Shown: positions 10,364 through 21,072, numbered from the stretch's first letter. The stretch is 64,000 bases of DNA from Sedimentisphaerales bacterium (GCA_963663805.2 CAXXMR010000009.1:64001-128000); one strand, 5' to 3'. Numbers and translations: made by a program. The notes: generated from the letters alone by a model not told the origin.

Positions 10364-10799
10364 TGGATGTTTAAATGAAGACACGAATTATTGAATCATG
10401 GCAGAAGAAATCGTACAACTGTTCTACAACTGGAGCGGCCGTCAGCTCATAAAAACCCAAAAATGATATTCTGTAACATGAGTAATGGCTGGTGGTTAGA
10501 AGAATCACGGAAAGTTGTAACATTTTTAATAGCTGTTTGACACTGTCGGATTGATTGGCATATATAAAGTTCTGCTTGCTTGTACAACACAGAAGCGACG
10601 ATTCATGATTTTTCTGGTCATGCCATGTTTTGCAGGTTAAGATCAGGAAAAGTAAAAAAACAGTGGGTCAGTCGTCACTTGATGGTGACTTGTTTTTCAT
10701 TTGCTCAGCGACTTGTGAACCAGTTGTAAACCTTATTTCGGCTCAAAAAAACAGCCCGTAAGCCCTTTTTTTATAAGGCCTTATGTGCCACAGAATGTT

Positions 10800-10841
10800 C
10801 TCCGAGGCCGAAGGTTACTGGTTCGAATCCAGTCGGGACGT
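10800..10841 (+). pseudogene. 3' fragment of tRNA-Arg(CCG), putative att site of an integrated element
   Basis: CT-CCG-AG anticodon loop, 3' anticodon stem GCCGA, T-arm ACTGG-TTCGAAT-CCAGT and acceptor 3' strand CGGGACG. No D-arm or 5' stem upstream. Confidence 0.85.
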
Positions 10842-11045
10842 TTCCAGCCCCTTCTTGTGGCCCCAAGGAATCTTGTGTGAATATATCTCGGTCGTTTGTT
10901 TGTTGCATCCCGGCATTTTCCATGACAAATACGGGGTTGTCTGGCAGGGTGGATGGTTTTTTAGAAATTTAGGCATAGACTTTGCTCTTCTGTTTTGTTA
11001 TATTGCTCCGTCTATGGGCTCGGCAGGGTCGAGCCTTTATTGTTG

Positions 11046-11160
11046 TGTCCGGCCGTAGTCGGGCCCGGGCAAGTCGGCCGTGTGAATCTGGTCAGGCCGG
11101 GAACGGAGCAGCCATAAGCGCTAAGCCGGTTGTGCTCGGTTACCCGGCTCCGGTCGGACA
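11046..11160 (+). ncRNA. ffs: Signal recognition particle RNA (small bacterial SRP, 4.5S)
   Basis: Helix-8 motif GTCAGGCCGGGAACGGAGCAGC inside a long hairpin; canonical position upstream of dnaX. Confidence 0.9.
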
Positions 11161-11254
11161 TAACAATAAGGGCTTAATCTGTAATGCCGACATAACATTG
11201 TTTTTGACAGAGAGTTAGAGGATTAGTGAAGCAACGGGGAAATCGGGTTGAGAT

Positions 11255-12943
11255 ATGTCTTATACAGTTCTGGCACGTCGTTATAGATCAGAATCGTTCG
11301 ACCAGGTCGTGGGCCAGGAAGCTATTGCTCAAACGCTGAAAAACGCTATTACCTCCGACCGTGTGGCCCATGCGTATATTTTCAGCGGTACTCGCGGAGT
11401 GGGCAAGACCACGATGGCGCGGGTGCTGAGCAAGGCCCTGAACTGCCTGGAATCTGATGGGCCAACCATTACCCCTTGTTGTAAGTGTGATAGTTGCGTG
11501 GCCATCAGTCAGGGCGAAGATATTGACGTAATCGAGATCGATGGTGCCAGCAATACGGGGGTGGAGCATATTCGCGAGCTGCGTCAGAACGCTATCTACC
11601 ACCCGGCCCGGGCCCGGTTCAAGATATATATCATTGATGAAGTACACATGCTTTCGACGAGTGCTTTTAACGCGCTGCTGAAGACGCTGGAAGAGCCGCC
11701 GGGACATGTGAAGTTTATTTTCGCTACTACCGAGCCGAATAAGATTCCCGCGACGATTCATTCTCGTTGTCAGCGTTTCGATTTTCGTAATATCAGTATC
11801 GACGATATTGCAGGTCAGTTGAAAAATGTGCTTGAAGGCGAAGGTGTTGAGTCTGACGAAGCTGTGGTTCGTCGGGTGGCTCGGCTGGCTCGTGGTTCAA
11901 TGCGGGACGGTTTGTCGCTGCTGGACCAGCTATTGAGCATGTCGGGCGGGAAGCTCAGCGCTGAGCTGATGACCGAATTGCTGGGGACACCCCGGCTGGA
12001 ACGCATACTAAAAATCGCCGCGTCAATCGCTGATTCGAGTATCGCCGGGGCGCTGCAGGAAATTGATGCGGGGATTTCTGAAGGGTTGGCGCTAGAGCAA
12101 ATCGCGGGGGCGTTGCAGGAACATTTTCGTGATTTGATGGTGATTCGCGCGTGCGGGGCTGATACCGAGCTGGTTGAACTGGATGACGGTGAGACGCGTC
12201 AGCAGGCGGCGGAGCAGGCTAAATGTTTTGATGAAGCCACGCTGGTTTATTTTATTACGGTATTGGAAGAATTGCGTCGTTCGCTCAAATCGACGGGTGC
12301 GGGTCGGCCTTTACTGGAGGCGGCGATTGTTCGTCTGACTGCCACGGAGCGTTTCAGCGATACCAAAGCGATAATCAAGCATCTGGAGAATATGCCGAAA
12401 GGGGGTGCCGCGTTACCGCAAACCCGCCCTACGCAGGGCCCCGTCGGTAATGCCTCGCCCCGGTCGATGCCTGCACCGCCTACGCAAGTTGCGGCGGCAG
12501 CTTCGGCGAGCGGTGCTTCACCTCTGACAGAACTTCCGGCAACTATTACGCTGGAATGGCTGAAGGATAACTGGCTGAGGATATTGAACAAGGTTCCGGG
12601 CCATCTGGCGGGTTATATCCGGCCTGCCCTGGTGCAGAACTGGGGTTCGGGCAGACTAACGCTCAAATTTCCACCGAGCGGTTCGGGTATGTTCAAGGCC
12701 CTGCAAAGTCGCGGTCTGAGCGATATTCAAAAGGCGTTTTGTGAGGTGCTTAATCAGCCGGTCGCTCTGGATGTCAGTGTTGAAGAGGCCGGCCATAATC
12801 AGGCTCATCCGGCTCCGCCGGGCGCGCGGCCCAGTCAGGCGGAAATCAACGACGCGGTAAACGACCCGAAGGTTCAGGAGATACAAAAAATTCTGGGCGG
12901 TAAGGTTTGTCAGGTTGAACGGGGCAAAAAAAAATCTGATTAG
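11255..12943 (+). CDS. dnaX: DNA polymerase III subunit gamma/tau
   Basis: LARRYR, GTRGVGKTT, zinc-binding Cys motif, DEVHMLS..AFNALLKTLEEPP, SRCQRF. Confidence 0.97.
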   Translation: MSYTVLARRYRSESFDQVVGQEAIAQTLKNAITSDRVAHAYIFSGTRGVGKTTMARVLSKALNCLESDGPTITPCCKCDSCVAISQGEDIDVIEIDGASNTGVEHIRELRQNAIYHPARARFKIYIIDEVHMLSTSAFNALLKTLEEPPGHVKFIFATTEPNKIPATIHSRCQRFDFRNISIDDIAGQLKNVLEGEGVESDEAVVRRVARLARGSMRDGLSLLDQLLSMSGGKLSAELMTELLGTPRLERILKIAASIADSSIAGALQEIDAGISEGLALEQIAGALQEHFRDLMVIRACGADTELVELDDGETRQQAAEQAKCFDEATLVYFITVLEELRRSLKSTGAGRPLLEAAIVRLTATERFSDTKAIIKHLENMPKGGAALPQTRPTQGPVGNASPRSMPAPPTQVAAAASASGASPLTELPATITLEWLKDNWLRILNKVPGHLAGYIRPALVQNWGSGRLTLKFPPSGSGMFKALQSRGLSDIQKAFCEVLNQPVALDVSVEEAGHNQAHPAPPGARPSQAEINDAVNDPKVQEIQKILGGKVCQVERGKKKSD

Positions 12944-13005
12944 GGCGCTAAGGTCGTAACGGGCATTTTGCAAAAGTTAAGTCATAGGACAAATAAGGAA
13001 ATGAT

Positions 13006-13335
13006 ATGGTAGGATTTGGTGATATTGCCGGTATGATGGGGCAGTTCAAGAATATTCAGGCGAATATGCAGCAGATGCAGGAAGAACTAGCTAACAAGAG
13101 CGTCGAGGCATCCAGCGGCGGCGGGATGGTTACGGCGAAGGTAAACGGCAAGGGTGAGCTGCTCGATATAAAGATTGATGCTCAGGTGGCTAACGGCGAT
13201 GTGGAAATGTTGGAGGATTTGGTTGTCGCAGCAGTGAGCGCGGCGGTCTCCCGAAGTCGTGAGATTATGCAGCAGGAGATGTCGAAAGTTACCGGCGGAT
13301 TGAATATTCCGGGGCTTGACCAGTTTCTCAAATAA
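13006..13335 (+). CDS. ybaB: YbaB/EbfC nucleoid-associated protein
   Basis: SSGGGMVTAKVNGKGE...EMLEDLVVAA; lies between dnaX and recR. Confidence 0.95.
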   Translation: MVGFGDIAGMMGQFKNIQANMQQMQEELANKSVEASSGGGMVTAKVNGKGELLDIKIDAQVANGDVEMLEDLVVAAVSAAVSRSREIMQQEMSKVTGGLNIPGLDQFLK

Positions 13336-13354
13336 TTGTTATGGATGGCAGGTT

Positions 13355-13963
13355 ATGGGTAATGTCCACACCGAAAGCATAAATAAACTCATGCAGCAGT
13401 TTCAGAAGCTGCCCGGTATCGGTTCGCGTACAGCAGAGCGGCTGGCTTATCATGTGCTGAAGCAAGCACCGGAAGAAGCGCTGGAATTGGCCCGAGCAAT
13501 CGAGGCGGTAAAGACCAAAATCCGTAACTGCAAACAATGCTTCAATCTGAGCGAGCAGGATATGTGCGAAATCTGCCGGGACAGCAGGCGTGACCAGGGG
13601 GTTATTTGTGTGGTGGAGCAACCGAACGACCTGATAAGTCTGGAGGAGACCGGTCAATGCCATTGGGTTTACCATGTTTTGCTGGGCAGGCTGGCGCCGC
13701 TGGATGGTATTACGCCGGATGATTTGACCATTGACGCACTAGTCAAAAGAGTGAACGCTGGCGGAGTGCGGGAAATCGTAATGGCGACTAATCCGAACAT
13801 GGACGGTGACGGCACGGCGTTGTATATCAGCTCGCTGCTGGCGGACAGCAAGGTCCGCATAACCCGGCTGGCACGGGGACTTCCTTCGGGCGGGAGTATC
13901 GAATATTCCAACAAGGGAATTCTGATTGACGCGATAAAAGGGCGTGTGGAGATGAAGAGTTGA
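13355..13963 (+). CDS. recR: Recombination mediator RecR
   Basis: LPGIGSRTAERLA HhH motif, C4 zinc finger, Toprim ICVVE, ITRLARGLPSGG. Confidence 0.97.
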   Translation: MGNVHTESINKLMQQFQKLPGIGSRTAERLAYHVLKQAPEEALELARAIEAVKTKIRNCKQCFNLSEQDMCEICRDSRRDQGVICVVEQPNDLISLEETGQCHWVYHVLLGRLAPLDGITPDDLTIDALVKRVNAGGVREIVMATNPNMDGDGTALYISSLLADSKVRITRLARGLPSGGSIEYSNKGILIDAIKGRVEMKS

Positions 13964-14097
13964 GGTGTCGGTCCTATAATCAAGATGGCGATAGGTAAGT
14001 TTCGGTGTGAGCGAGAGTTTCGACAGAACTGGGCTTACCTTTTGGACGATAGATAAGACAAGAATGTAGTTTTGATAGCGTTTTTTACGAGGCATAA

Positions 14098-15570
14098 ATG
14101 AGGCTGGATATTTCCCAAAATATGAAGATGGATCAGCGGATGGTCATGGCCCCGCGTATGATTCAGTCTATGGAAATACTTCAGCTGCCGCTTTTGGCAT
14201 TGCAGGAGCGGATTGAACAGGAAATGTTGGAGAATCCGGTGCTGGAACTGCGGGAGCGTGAGCCTTCGGTAGAGACCAGCCAGGCCGAAGAACGTTACGA
14301 AAGCGAACATGCCTTAAAGGTTGGCGAGGATAAGAACAAGGCTGATGATTTTGAGCGGTTGAATAATGTGGATGAGGACTGGAATGATTATATGTCCCGT
14401 TCCTCTTATGTGCCGCGGAGCGGTGGGGGTGTTGACGCTGACGGGCGGGACCGGAAGCTGGATGCGATGGCTAATACCGCGGCACCGGCCCAGAATCTGA
14501 ATGAGTACCTTCACGACCAGTGGGCTTTTGTCGAGGCGGATGAGGCGGTAAAAGCGGCGGGGACGGCGATAATTGACCATATTGAAGATACGGGCTATTT
14601 GCGGGTGGAACTGGCCAGCGTGCAGGAGCATGTGCGGCAGAAGGTGACGGCTGAACAGCTCGAGGAAGCGCTGCGACTGGTGCAGATTCTGGATCCGACC
14701 GGAGTAGGGGCACGGAATCTGGGCGAGTGCATGTTGATTCAGTTGGCGAATATGGATGGTGATTATACGCTGGCGATGGAGCTGATTCGGGACCATTTGA
14801 AGGATATTGAGATGAACCGTTTTCCGGCGATTGCCAAAAAAACGGGACATGAGATAGCGGAGATTCAGGATGCCCTGAAGGTTGTCGCGCGTCTTGATAC
14901 CCGGCCGGGCTTGCAGATTGGTCGGCATGATGTTCAGTATGTTACGCCGGATGTTATTGTCGATTATGATGAGGAAAACGATATTTATGTAGCTCGGTTG
15001 GCGGATGGCAGTATGCCGGACTTGCGAATCAGTCGGACATATACGAAGATGATGAAAGATGGGGGCCTGTCGGGAGACGCGAAAGATTTTTTGCGTAATA
15101 ATGTGCGCAGTGCCCGCTGGATAATCGAGTCTATCGAACAGCGCAAAACTACGCTTTTGCGAGTGGTTAATCATGTGCTGGCGAATCAGCGGGATTTTTT
15201 CGATAAGGGTGCGGCGTTTTTAAGGCCTCTGCCTATGGTTGATGTCGCCGAGACGCTGGGGATTCATGTCGGGACGGTCAGCCGGGCGGTTTCGGGCAAA
15301 TATATGCAGACTCCGATAGGGATATTTCCGTTGCGGTATTTCTTCAGCGGAGGTACGGAAAATGCCGCTGGCGAGAGCGTGAGCTGGGATGCGATTAAGG
15401 CGAAGCTGCAAGAGATTGTGGATAATGAGGACAAGAACAACCCGTTCAATGATGATGATTTGGTGGATGAGCTGAAGAAAAAAGGTATCAAGCTGGCTCG
15501 TCGGACGGTGGCAAAGTATCGGGGGCTGATGAATATTCCGCCGGCGCGGAGACGCAAGCAGTTTGTTTGA
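14098..15570 (+). CDS. rpoN: RNA polymerase sigma-54 factor
   Basis: Region I 'QSMEILQLP', DPTGVGAR, HTH and RpoN box ARRTVAKYR. Confidence 0.97.
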   Translation: MRLDISQNMKMDQRMVMAPRMIQSMEILQLPLLALQERIEQEMLENPVLELREREPSVETSQAEERYESEHALKVGEDKNKADDFERLNNVDEDWNDYMSRSSYVPRSGGGVDADGRDRKLDAMANTAAPAQNLNEYLHDQWAFVEADEAVKAAGTAIIDHIEDTGYLRVELASVQEHVRQKVTAEQLEEALRLVQILDPTGVGARNLGECMLIQLANMDGDYTLAMELIRDHLKDIEMNRFPAIAKKTGHEIAEIQDALKVVARLDTRPGLQIGRHDVQYVTPDVIVDYDEENDIYVARLADGSMPDLRISRTYTKMMKDGGLSGDAKDFLRNNVRSARWIIESIEQRKTTLLRVVNHVLANQRDFFDKGAAFLRPLPMVDVAETLGIHVGTVSRAVSGKYMQTPIGIFPLRYFFSGGTENAAGESVSWDAIKAKLQEIVDNEDKNNPFNDDDLVDELKKKGIKLARRTVAKYRGLMNIPPARRRKQFV

Positions 15571-15806
15571 AATTGGTTAGGGGGAAGGGGGGAGTTGAGG
15601 GGGCTTTTCTGATTTTGCTCTAAACTTTCAAGAATATCTACTGCAATTAAGTGGATTCTAGCGACAATGTTGTTATATGACGTTATTTGGCGATGACAGT
15701 CCGCAAAGTGGCGTTGGATTAACAGTGGATTTCTGCTATAGTTATGTGATATTGAGTTTGTTGGCTGGCTCATAATGATATTTAAGTTAGGTCGAAGAGG
15801 CTGAAA

Positions 15807-17060
15807 ATGAGACGCGGATTATTGTGTTTGGCGGTGGTATTGCTGACGGCGGGGGGGCTTGGGGCGGAACCGTCAGGGAACAGGGCCGCAAAAGCTGAAA
15901 AGGCGGTTTATGCCCATCTGGTAACCTGGTTCAAGACTCGTGATTTTTCGGATAGGTGGGAGATGTGGGGTTCGGATTATCCGCAAATGCCCAGCGACCC
16001 TGATAAGATATATTTCAATGGCAAACGCGATATCGCTACTACCAGTTATCCGCTTACCGATGTTTATGATTCATCCGACCCTGCCGCGATTGAGTATCAG
16101 TTTCTGCTGATGAAGCTGGCGGGGATCGATGGGGTGATCGTCGATTGGGATGGGCGGCGTATCAATCGCTATCGGCATGATTGTCTGATGGAAATTGTCA
16201 AGTATCTCGACCGCTTCGATATGAAGCTGATAGTTTGTTTTGAGGAATGGTGCGGCTATTGGCCTTTGGAGACTTTTTCGACTCGGCAGGAAGAACTCGC
16301 CGCGGCTAAGGAAGAATTACAGTGGATGGTTGAAACCTTTCTCAATCAGCCCTTTTACGGTAAAGTACGCGGGGTCAAGCCGGTACTGGTTTTTCGTAAG
16401 ATCAACGACAAACTATTCGATAAGCAGGAATGGCGGCAGCTCAGTTCGGTGGTGAAAGATGCCGGCGGTGCTTTGATTTTTGGCGAAGGGGACCATCATA
16501 ATTTTGGGCCGGCGGTCAGCGGTGGTAAATATTTCTGGGTGGGTGGTTTTACGCCCGGTTCCAATAGCAGTACTCTGGATTATTGCCGGGAAGTCTATCA
16601 GCGATTTCTGGATAATTGCCGTGATGACTCTGCCTTGATTTTTGGCAGTGCTACGCCGGGATTTGATGATACGCCGGTCTGGGGCTGGGGCAATTCGCCG
16701 CGGGTTGCGCCGCGTTATGAAGGCAAACGTTATGAAATGACGTGGGAGCAGGCGATAGCGGCTGATGTTGACGCGATGCAGATCGTTACCTGGAACGACT
16801 GGAACGAGGGCTCGCAAATCGAACCGGACGATGAGAATGGCTATAAATATCTGGAGATGACCAAAACGCTGGTGGCTCGTTATAAAGGGATTGCCGATAA
16901 TATACCGGACAAAGTTTTGCAGACGCCGCTGATGATTTATAAGCATCGTAAGCAGGGAAATCCGCAGGAACAGGCCCGGCTGGACGAAATTGTGAAGTTA
17001 CTCCTGACCGGCCAATATAATCAGGCCCTGGCATTATCGGACACGATGGTAAATGAATAA
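15807..17060 (+). CDS. Secreted glycoside hydrolase, GH71/GH99-like
   Basis: Signal peptide; YPLTDVYDSSD, AGIDGVIVDW, PGFDD and TWNDWNEGSQIEP motifs. Confidence 0.8.
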   Translation: MRRGLLCLAVVLLTAGGLGAEPSGNRAAKAEKAVYAHLVTWFKTRDFSDRWEMWGSDYPQMPSDPDKIYFNGKRDIATTSYPLTDVYDSSDPAAIEYQFLLMKLAGIDGVIVDWDGRRINRYRHDCLMEIVKYLDRFDMKLIVCFEEWCGYWPLETFSTRQEELAAAKEELQWMVETFLNQPFYGKVRGVKPVLVFRKINDKLFDKQEWRQLSSVVKDAGGALIFGEGDHHNFGPAVSGGKYFWVGGFTPGSNSSTLDYCREVYQRFLDNCRDDSALIFGSATPGFDDTPVWGWGNSPRVAPRYEGKRYEMTWEQAIAADVDAMQIVTWNDWNEGSQIEPDDENGYKYLEMTKTLVARYKGIADNIPDKVLQTPLMIYKHRKQGNPQEQARLDEIVKLLLTGQYNQALALSDTMVNE

Positions 17061-19306
17061 GTTTTTGACGATTATTATTGCTTTGCTGATGGTGGGTCTG
17101 GCTGAGGCTTCGGATGTTACCGATACGCTCGATGACGCGGGTAACTGTTTCGAGACGCTTAACTCCGATGCTTCTGCCAATGGCGACAGTACGGTATCGC
17201 TGACCATGTTAGCTGCCGGCGAATCGGTTGTTGACTGGCACAGTAGTTCGTATATGCGTTTGCAGATTTGCGAACAGGTTGAAGTTGACCCGGTGTCATC
17301 CATTAACGGCGGTGAGTATTCGCTGTGGCTGGTTTTCTTTAACAGCGGTCGGCAATATCTGGGTGAGTATCAATGGTATTCCGGCAGTTCAACCGAAACC
17401 CGGATTTCGCCCAGTATGGTCGAGTTTATCGCCAATCATGGTTTGGATACCGCCAAATATTACTGGCTGAGAATCCGCCTGCACGGTGGGACGGGGCAGG
17501 GCTTCAAATTTGATGAAATTCGTGTTCGTACCGGGCTCGGCTACTGGAAGCCAACCGCCTTGACCCAGTCGGCTGCGCCTGCGGTGTTCGCTCACTTTAT
17601 GGTTGGTTTCAAGACGACCGATTATTCCGGTCAGTGGGGCGGCTGGGACTATTCAAATGCCTGTGTAAGTCACAATCCCTCAACTTTCGACGCTCAGGGT
17701 AAACGTGACATCGCTTCGGTTTACTATCCATCGGTCGGTTGCTATGACATGAACGACCCTGATTTGGTCGAGTATCATTGCCAGCTTATGAAGATGGCTG
17801 AACTGGATGGCGCGATTTTTGATTTGACATTTTATGATATGAGCCCGGCAAATATAAGCATGATGAACGCTTATATGTCCGGCATGACTGAATATGGTTT
17901 GCAAAGTGTCGTGTGTTATGAAGATAAAGTCCATTGGCTTTGGGATAATCCTGCCACTCGTGCCATAGCGGTAAATCGAGCCTATGGTGATATGGACAAC
18001 TGGCTAAACATGTTCATCAATAGTTCAACCCAGTATTATGTGTCCGGTTCGCGCCCTTTATGCCTGATGTTCAGTTATGAACAGTATGATGAGACTCTGG
18101 GGACAAGCTGTCTCTCGCCGACGGAGATTACCAGTTGGCTAAGCGGGTTTGCCGGTACGGACCAGCCGGTTATGCTGCGTCAATGGTTCAAAGACCCGGA
18201 CCATGTTGGTGTTCTCAACGGCCAGTTTGACTGGGTCAAGATTTCCAGTCCCGCTCCGGCTGAGCAAGCTCCTTATGTCGCTTATACCGACTGGGATGAT
18301 GCCCAGAACTATCTGCTCGCTAATCGTGCTTTTGGTCAATATCTGCTGGCGACGGATAAGGCCGATTTTCATATTCCGGTTGTCTACCCTGGTTTCGATG
18401 ACCTTGAGATACAGGGTTGGGATTGTGTTAGCGGGCCGCGGCTGATACCTCGCTACGATGGTGCTCTCTACGATATGGTCTGGGACTGGGCGATTGAGGA
18501 TGATTTGCCGGTGGTTCAGGTTTGCACCTGGAACGACTGGTATGAAGGCACGATTATCGAACCTGCCGTCGAGTTCGGCAATATGTATATGGAAAAAAAC
18601 ACGGGCCCGGATTGAGGAATTCAAGGGGGCGACCCCCTCAACAGTTAATTTCAATGTGCCGGTCTGGATTTACAAACTGCGTAATATTTGCCCCGATGAT
18701 TACGTCCTGACGCAATTAGATGTTGCATCGGATTTGATTAAACAGGGCCAATACACCTCCGCCGAAGCGATCGTATCACCCTGGGCAGCCGCTTACGGCG
18801 TTGATGGAATAACTTACTGGAAAGGCCAGGCCTCCCGTACGAATTTGCAAACCGGCATACTGCAAGCTGATATTTCCGCGTATGATTTCGCCTCTCAACC
18901 TGTAGGTGCAACTCAAACAGTAAACATAACTTTGGAGAATACAGACGCTGTTGATTTAGTTTTCGTTGGTGAAGAACCGATAGAAATCATCGGTGATGAC
19001 GGAGCGTTCTCGATTGTTGAGCCGGTTGATGTCTCAGATTTGGCAGGTAGTCAAAATCGTGTCATTCAGATTATCTGTCGTCCATTTTACGTCGGCACCG
19101 CGAACGCAATCTTGCGGCTGCGTAGCACGGACATTATCAATAGTCCACTGGAAATACCTCTAACCGTAAACGCTACTCAAACACCGGGCGATTATAACGG
19201 TGACCAGAAAGTCGATGCTCTGGATTTTGCGGTGCTGGCGGAATATTGGGGCGAACCTTACTGTTTGGTCGATTTGCTGGAAATAGCCAATTACTGGTTA
19301 AATTAA
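17053..19306 (+). CDS. Secreted GH71/GH99-like hydrolase with Ig-like and dockerin-like C-terminus (frameshift at the A7 run, 18593-18599)
   Basis: PGFDD and TWNDWYEGTIIEP motifs. Removing one A joins ORF 17053-18615 to ORF 18458-19306 (MEKTRARIEEFKG), paralleling the upstream paralog. Confidence 0.75.
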
Positions 19307-19489
19307 GCAATATGCGTGCATACTAACCGCCGTAAACAAGCTCTCGCTTCTTTATCAAAATATTCTGAAACCAGGCTAAAAGTTTCGAAATATGGCATAA
19401 TTTTCCAATCCTGTTCGGCGCATTTATTGCTTTAGGCTTTTGGCCTCCTGTATTTTTTTAAAAAAACCCGAAATGTTAAGATAGGTAAT

Positions 19490-19518
19490 TTGCGCTCGAG
19501 GGATATTTATGCTCTAAT
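19490..19518 (+). promoter_or_regulatory. Putative sigma70 promoter of the IS4 transposase
   Basis: TTGCGC-17 bp-TCTAAT with an extended TG; the ATG lies 7 nt after the -10 box. Confidence 0.55.
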
Positions 19519-19525
19519 AGGAGGC

Positions 19526-20698
19526 ATGAGTGCTAAGCGTAAAAAAATCCAGGAGCGGGACCTGCGTGGGTTCAAGTATTTCAAGTCCCTCTCGGCTCTG
19601 CTGAAAGGTCTTCACTCGGCGGGATGTGAGCGGGACCGGGCCGGCAATCGCACATTATTCATGGACCAGTATGTCAGTCTGCTGCTGTTATACATGTTCA
19701 ATCCGATCTGCAGTTCCATCCGGTCTTTGCAGCAGGCCGGCGAGCTCAAAAAGGTACAGCGGCTGTTGGGTTGTTCGCGTGCTTCGCTGGGTTCGCTTTC
19801 GGAAGCATCCCGGGTTTTTGAGAGTTCTTTGTTAGAGCCGATAATCGCTCAACTCACTGAGCAGTTAGGGCCGATATCTCAGGACAAAAAACTGGAAGTC
19901 GGTCAGGTCATTACCCTGGTGGACGGCAGCAGTATTCAGGCTTTGCAAAAACTCACTCAGGCTGCCTGGGACACCGACAAACCCGGAATTAAAGCACACA
20001 CTCAGTTTGATCTGGAAAAATATGTGCCTCTGAAAATAAATATCAGTGAAGACAAGTCTGATGAGCGAAAGGTTTTTTTAGAGAATCTTCAGCCCGGCCG
20101 GATTTATGTCAATGATCGCGGATATGCCTGTTTTAAGCTGTTTCAGGCCATTGTGGATAGTAAAAGCTCTTTTGTCTGTCGGTTGCGTGAGGATACGGTT
20201 TACGAAACTATTCAGGAAAAACCTTTAACTGAAGATGCTCGAAAAGCGGGGATAATTTTTGATCGTACGGTAATCGCCGGCAGCAGTGAAAAACTGCGGG
20301 AAGATTTCAAACAACCGTTACGCCTGATAGCGGTTGAATGTCAACCGCATTTGAAACGGGGCCAGGGACCACGTCAGAGTGAGATGATTTTGATTGCCAC
20401 CGACCGGCTGGACCTGGACGCCGAAGTCATTGCCCTGCTCTATCAGAAACGCTGGGCCATCGAAATATTTTTCCGCTTTTTTAAGCATGTGCTGGGCTGC
20501 CGACATCTGCTAAGCCTCTGCGAAAACGGTATCGAACTACAGATGTACGCCGCGATTATCGCCTGTATGCTGATCAGCCTGTGGACGGGCAAAAAACCAA
20601 CTTTAAGAACCTACGAAATGCTCTGCTGGCACCTCTGCGGCATGGCCGACGAGCAAGAAATGCAGAACCATATCAATAAACTCCAAAGCCAAAACTAA
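19526..20698 (+). CDS. IS4-family DDE transposase
   Basis: LVDGS, NDRGY and Y-QK-R-WAI-E-IFFRFF-K (YREK motif). Confidence 0.93.
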   Translation: MSAKRKKIQERDLRGFKYFKSLSALLKGLHSAGCERDRAGNRTLFMDQYVSLLLLYMFNPICSSIRSLQQAGELKKVQRLLGCSRASLGSLSEASRVFESSLLEPIIAQLTEQLGPISQDKKLEVGQVITLVDGSSIQALQKLTQAAWDTDKPGIKAHTQFDLEKYVPLKINISEDKSDERKVFLENLQPGRIYVNDRGYACFKLFQAIVDSKSSFVCRLREDTVYETIQEKPLTEDARKAGIIFDRTVIAGSSEKLREDFKQPLRLIAVECQPHLKRGQGPRQSEMILIATDRLDLDAEVIALLYQKRWAIEIFFRFFKHVLGCRHLLSLCENGIELQMYAAIIACMLISLWTGKKPTLRTYEMLCWHLCGMADEQEMQNHINKLQSQN

Positions 20699-20951
20699 GG
20701 CCGATCCTCAAAAAAATCGCCGCTGCCGCTGATGCTGCGCCAAAATAACCAGTGCCGACAGTCCCACTGAGGGATAATCCCCGCTAAATCATATGAACTG
20801 CAAAGACCACAGAAAAACTGTATTTGAGCAATAAATGTGCCGAACAGGATTGAGCAATTCAAGCATCTTCGCGCTCAAATTTGCCTGTTAATTTTTAGCA
20901 AAATATTAAAAATAACTTGCATGGTCAGGAAGAACTTGTTTAAATAAGACA

Positions 20952-20967
20952 ATGTTACCGGTATCAT
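20952..20967. promoter_or_regulatory. LacI-family operator-like palindrome
   Basis: ATGTTACCGGTATCAT is a near-perfect palindrome with a central CG, typical of LacI/GalR operators. Confidence 0.5.
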
Positions 20968-21072
20968 GGTGAGTTAGTTTTGGTTAGAGGGCGTTGGAGG
21001 TAAATGATGACAATCTCGGAAATCGCCCAAAAATGTCGGGTTTCTAATATGGATTATTATGGAGAATTGCCC

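Larger units (their letters stand above)
19406..20852 (+). mobile_element. IS4-family insertion sequence (1447 bp)
   Basis: 26-bp terminal IRs CAATCCTGTTCGGC(G/A)CATTTATTGCT with one mismatch; single transposase gene; no TSD seen. Confidence 0.92.

Noticed and set aside
10783..11218. Short ORFs 10783-11058 and 10982-11218
   Set aside because: They overlap the tRNA fragment and the SRP RNA; likely spurious.
12920..12943. dnaX programmed frameshift/slippage at the A9 run
   Set aside because: The run is at the extreme 3' end and could not generate a gamma-length product.
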